A stretch of 64,000 nucleotides of DNA from Squalus acanthias (Eukaryota), in assembly GCA_030390025.1 (NCBI GenBank), contig CM059432.1, positions 7,130,001-7,194,000 of the forward strand, given 5' to 3'. Of this stretch, positions 62,774-64,000 are shown piece by piece; position 1 is the first letter of the stretch; every line of letters starts with the position of its first letter. Under the pieces are notes generated by a model that had not been told where the DNA came from, did not search any database, and saw nothing but the letters and a program-made list of their open reading frames with translations. The translations under genes were made by a program, and so were the position numbers.

Positions 62774-63603
62774 GATGCTGAAACAGGCCATTGCAATGAG
62801 AGTGCTGATTACTCAAGCAAGCCTGACTGTAAACGATGATGTTACCAATCACTGCAAGTCATCCGAACTGCTGAGGCTGACGCTGGACAACGTTCTGCTC
62901 AACCTGGCGCCGGTGGTGAACCACTCCAGGCCCCCATCGCGGGAATTCCGAGCTGAGCCCAGCGATGGCTTTTCGGAACTTTACCTGCTCGAGGTGTGCG
63001 TCGGGGACCTGCAGATTGACAACCAGCTTTACCACAAGGCGAGCTTCCACTTCCCTGCCCTGCTTTGCCAAGAGCTGAAACCAGAAAGCCTGCAGTGGAG
63101 AAATGGCTCCAATTCGACACTTTCGGCCAAGGACCTCGACGACTACAAACGCAAATGCTTTCTTAAAGCCCGTGTCCGCTTAAGGGAGCAGAATTTTGTA
63201 TTCACCGTGAATGAGTTCAACTTTGCGTTGAAACCGGCGAGACTCTACGTGGAAGACACGTTTGTGTATTACATAAAGACTCTGTTTAACACGTACATCC
63301 CGGACACTGGGCTGTACCGTAAGCAAGTGAGGACGTCGTCCTGTTCAGCCGCTGACCTCCCTGTGCCTCAGCAAGTGACCAATGCAACGCAAGCGCTAGT
63401 GAATCCGATCAAGCTGCAACGGCTGACCATCCAAGCCGTGAGCTTGCTCGTCAGTGTCCACGCTTCAATAAAGTTATACATTGCGTCAGATCACGCTCCT
63501 CTTTCCTTCTCCCTCTTTGAGCGAGGGCCCATCTACACTACTCCCAGGCAGCTTATCCACGCGCTTGCCATGCACTATGCTGCAGGAGCGTTATTTCGGG
63601 CAG
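62774..63603 (+). CDS. VPS13B: VPS13B large exon 13 (ELLRLTLDN...GDLQIDNQLY...KPARLYVEDTFVYYIKTLF...HALAMHYAAGALFRAG)
   Basis: Poly-T tract then gcacag|, donor |gttagt; 830 nt, phase 2/1; lies within ORF 62568..63608. Strongly matches the recalled VPS13B C-terminal region. Confidence 0.97.
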
Positions 63604-63704
63604 GTTAGTACAGCCGTTGCAATTTTGACGCTCCTGTTCAAGGTCAGCTTGTGCTGGGGCCATGAAAACGGGCCGTATCGCATCAGCCGCCGGTTACACA
63701 CCTC

Positions 63705-64000
63705 ATAGGAACGGGAGGAGGCCATTCAGCCCCTCGAGTCTGTGCCACCATACAATGAGATCATGGCTGGTCTGTGACCTAACTCCATATACCCGCCTTT
63801 GGCCCATATCCCTTAATACCTTTGGTTAACCTAAAGCTATCCATCTCAGATTTAAAATTAACAATTGACCGAGCATCAACTGCCGTTTGCGGAAGAGAGT
63901 TCCAAACTTCTACCGTCTTTTGCGTGTAGAAGTGTTTCCTAACGTCACTCCTGAAAGGCCTGGTCTGATCTCGCCCATTTTACCCCCTAATTTTTAGACT
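63705..64000 (-). mobile_element. CR1 3' end
   Basis: Reverse complement of the 58500-58770 subfamily. Confidence 0.85.

Noticed and set aside
1..64000. CRISPR array, operon or other prokaryotic system
   Set aside because: There is no regularly spaced repeat-spacer array; the exon-intron structure and vertebrate retroelements explain the window.

Overview
This is eukaryotic genomic DNA, most likely from a cartilaginous fish, judged from the HE1-like V-SINE, Deu-domain SINEs and abundant CR1, L2 and Penelope repeats. The window lies inside VPS13B on the + strand. I recovered 13 consecutive coding exons (15052-63603; 2953 nt, about 984 codons) with GT-AG boundaries and matching phases. Their translation follows the C-terminal part of vertebrate VPS13B as I recall it. 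The first 15 kb appears to be intron. The introns are dominated by transposons: CR1 LINEs (one with an almost intact 5'-truncated ORF2), a second CR1-group LINE with a partner SINE, L2, RTE, Penelope-like elements, an hAT-Blackjack-like element and several Harbinger-like MITEs. The most unusual observations are: (1) minimal hammerhead-ribozyme motifs of two families, three of them sense to the VPS13B pre-mRNA; (2) an 86-bp piece of nearby intron copied into a DNA transposon; (3) a CR1 ORF2 that gained an in-frame ATG from its target site; (4) a 95-bp inverted repeat with A-C mismatches; (5) inverted CR1 copies around the large exon; (6) three in-frame splice acceptors on one exon. I see no convincing wholly new protein system. 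All family names come from motif recognition, not database searches.
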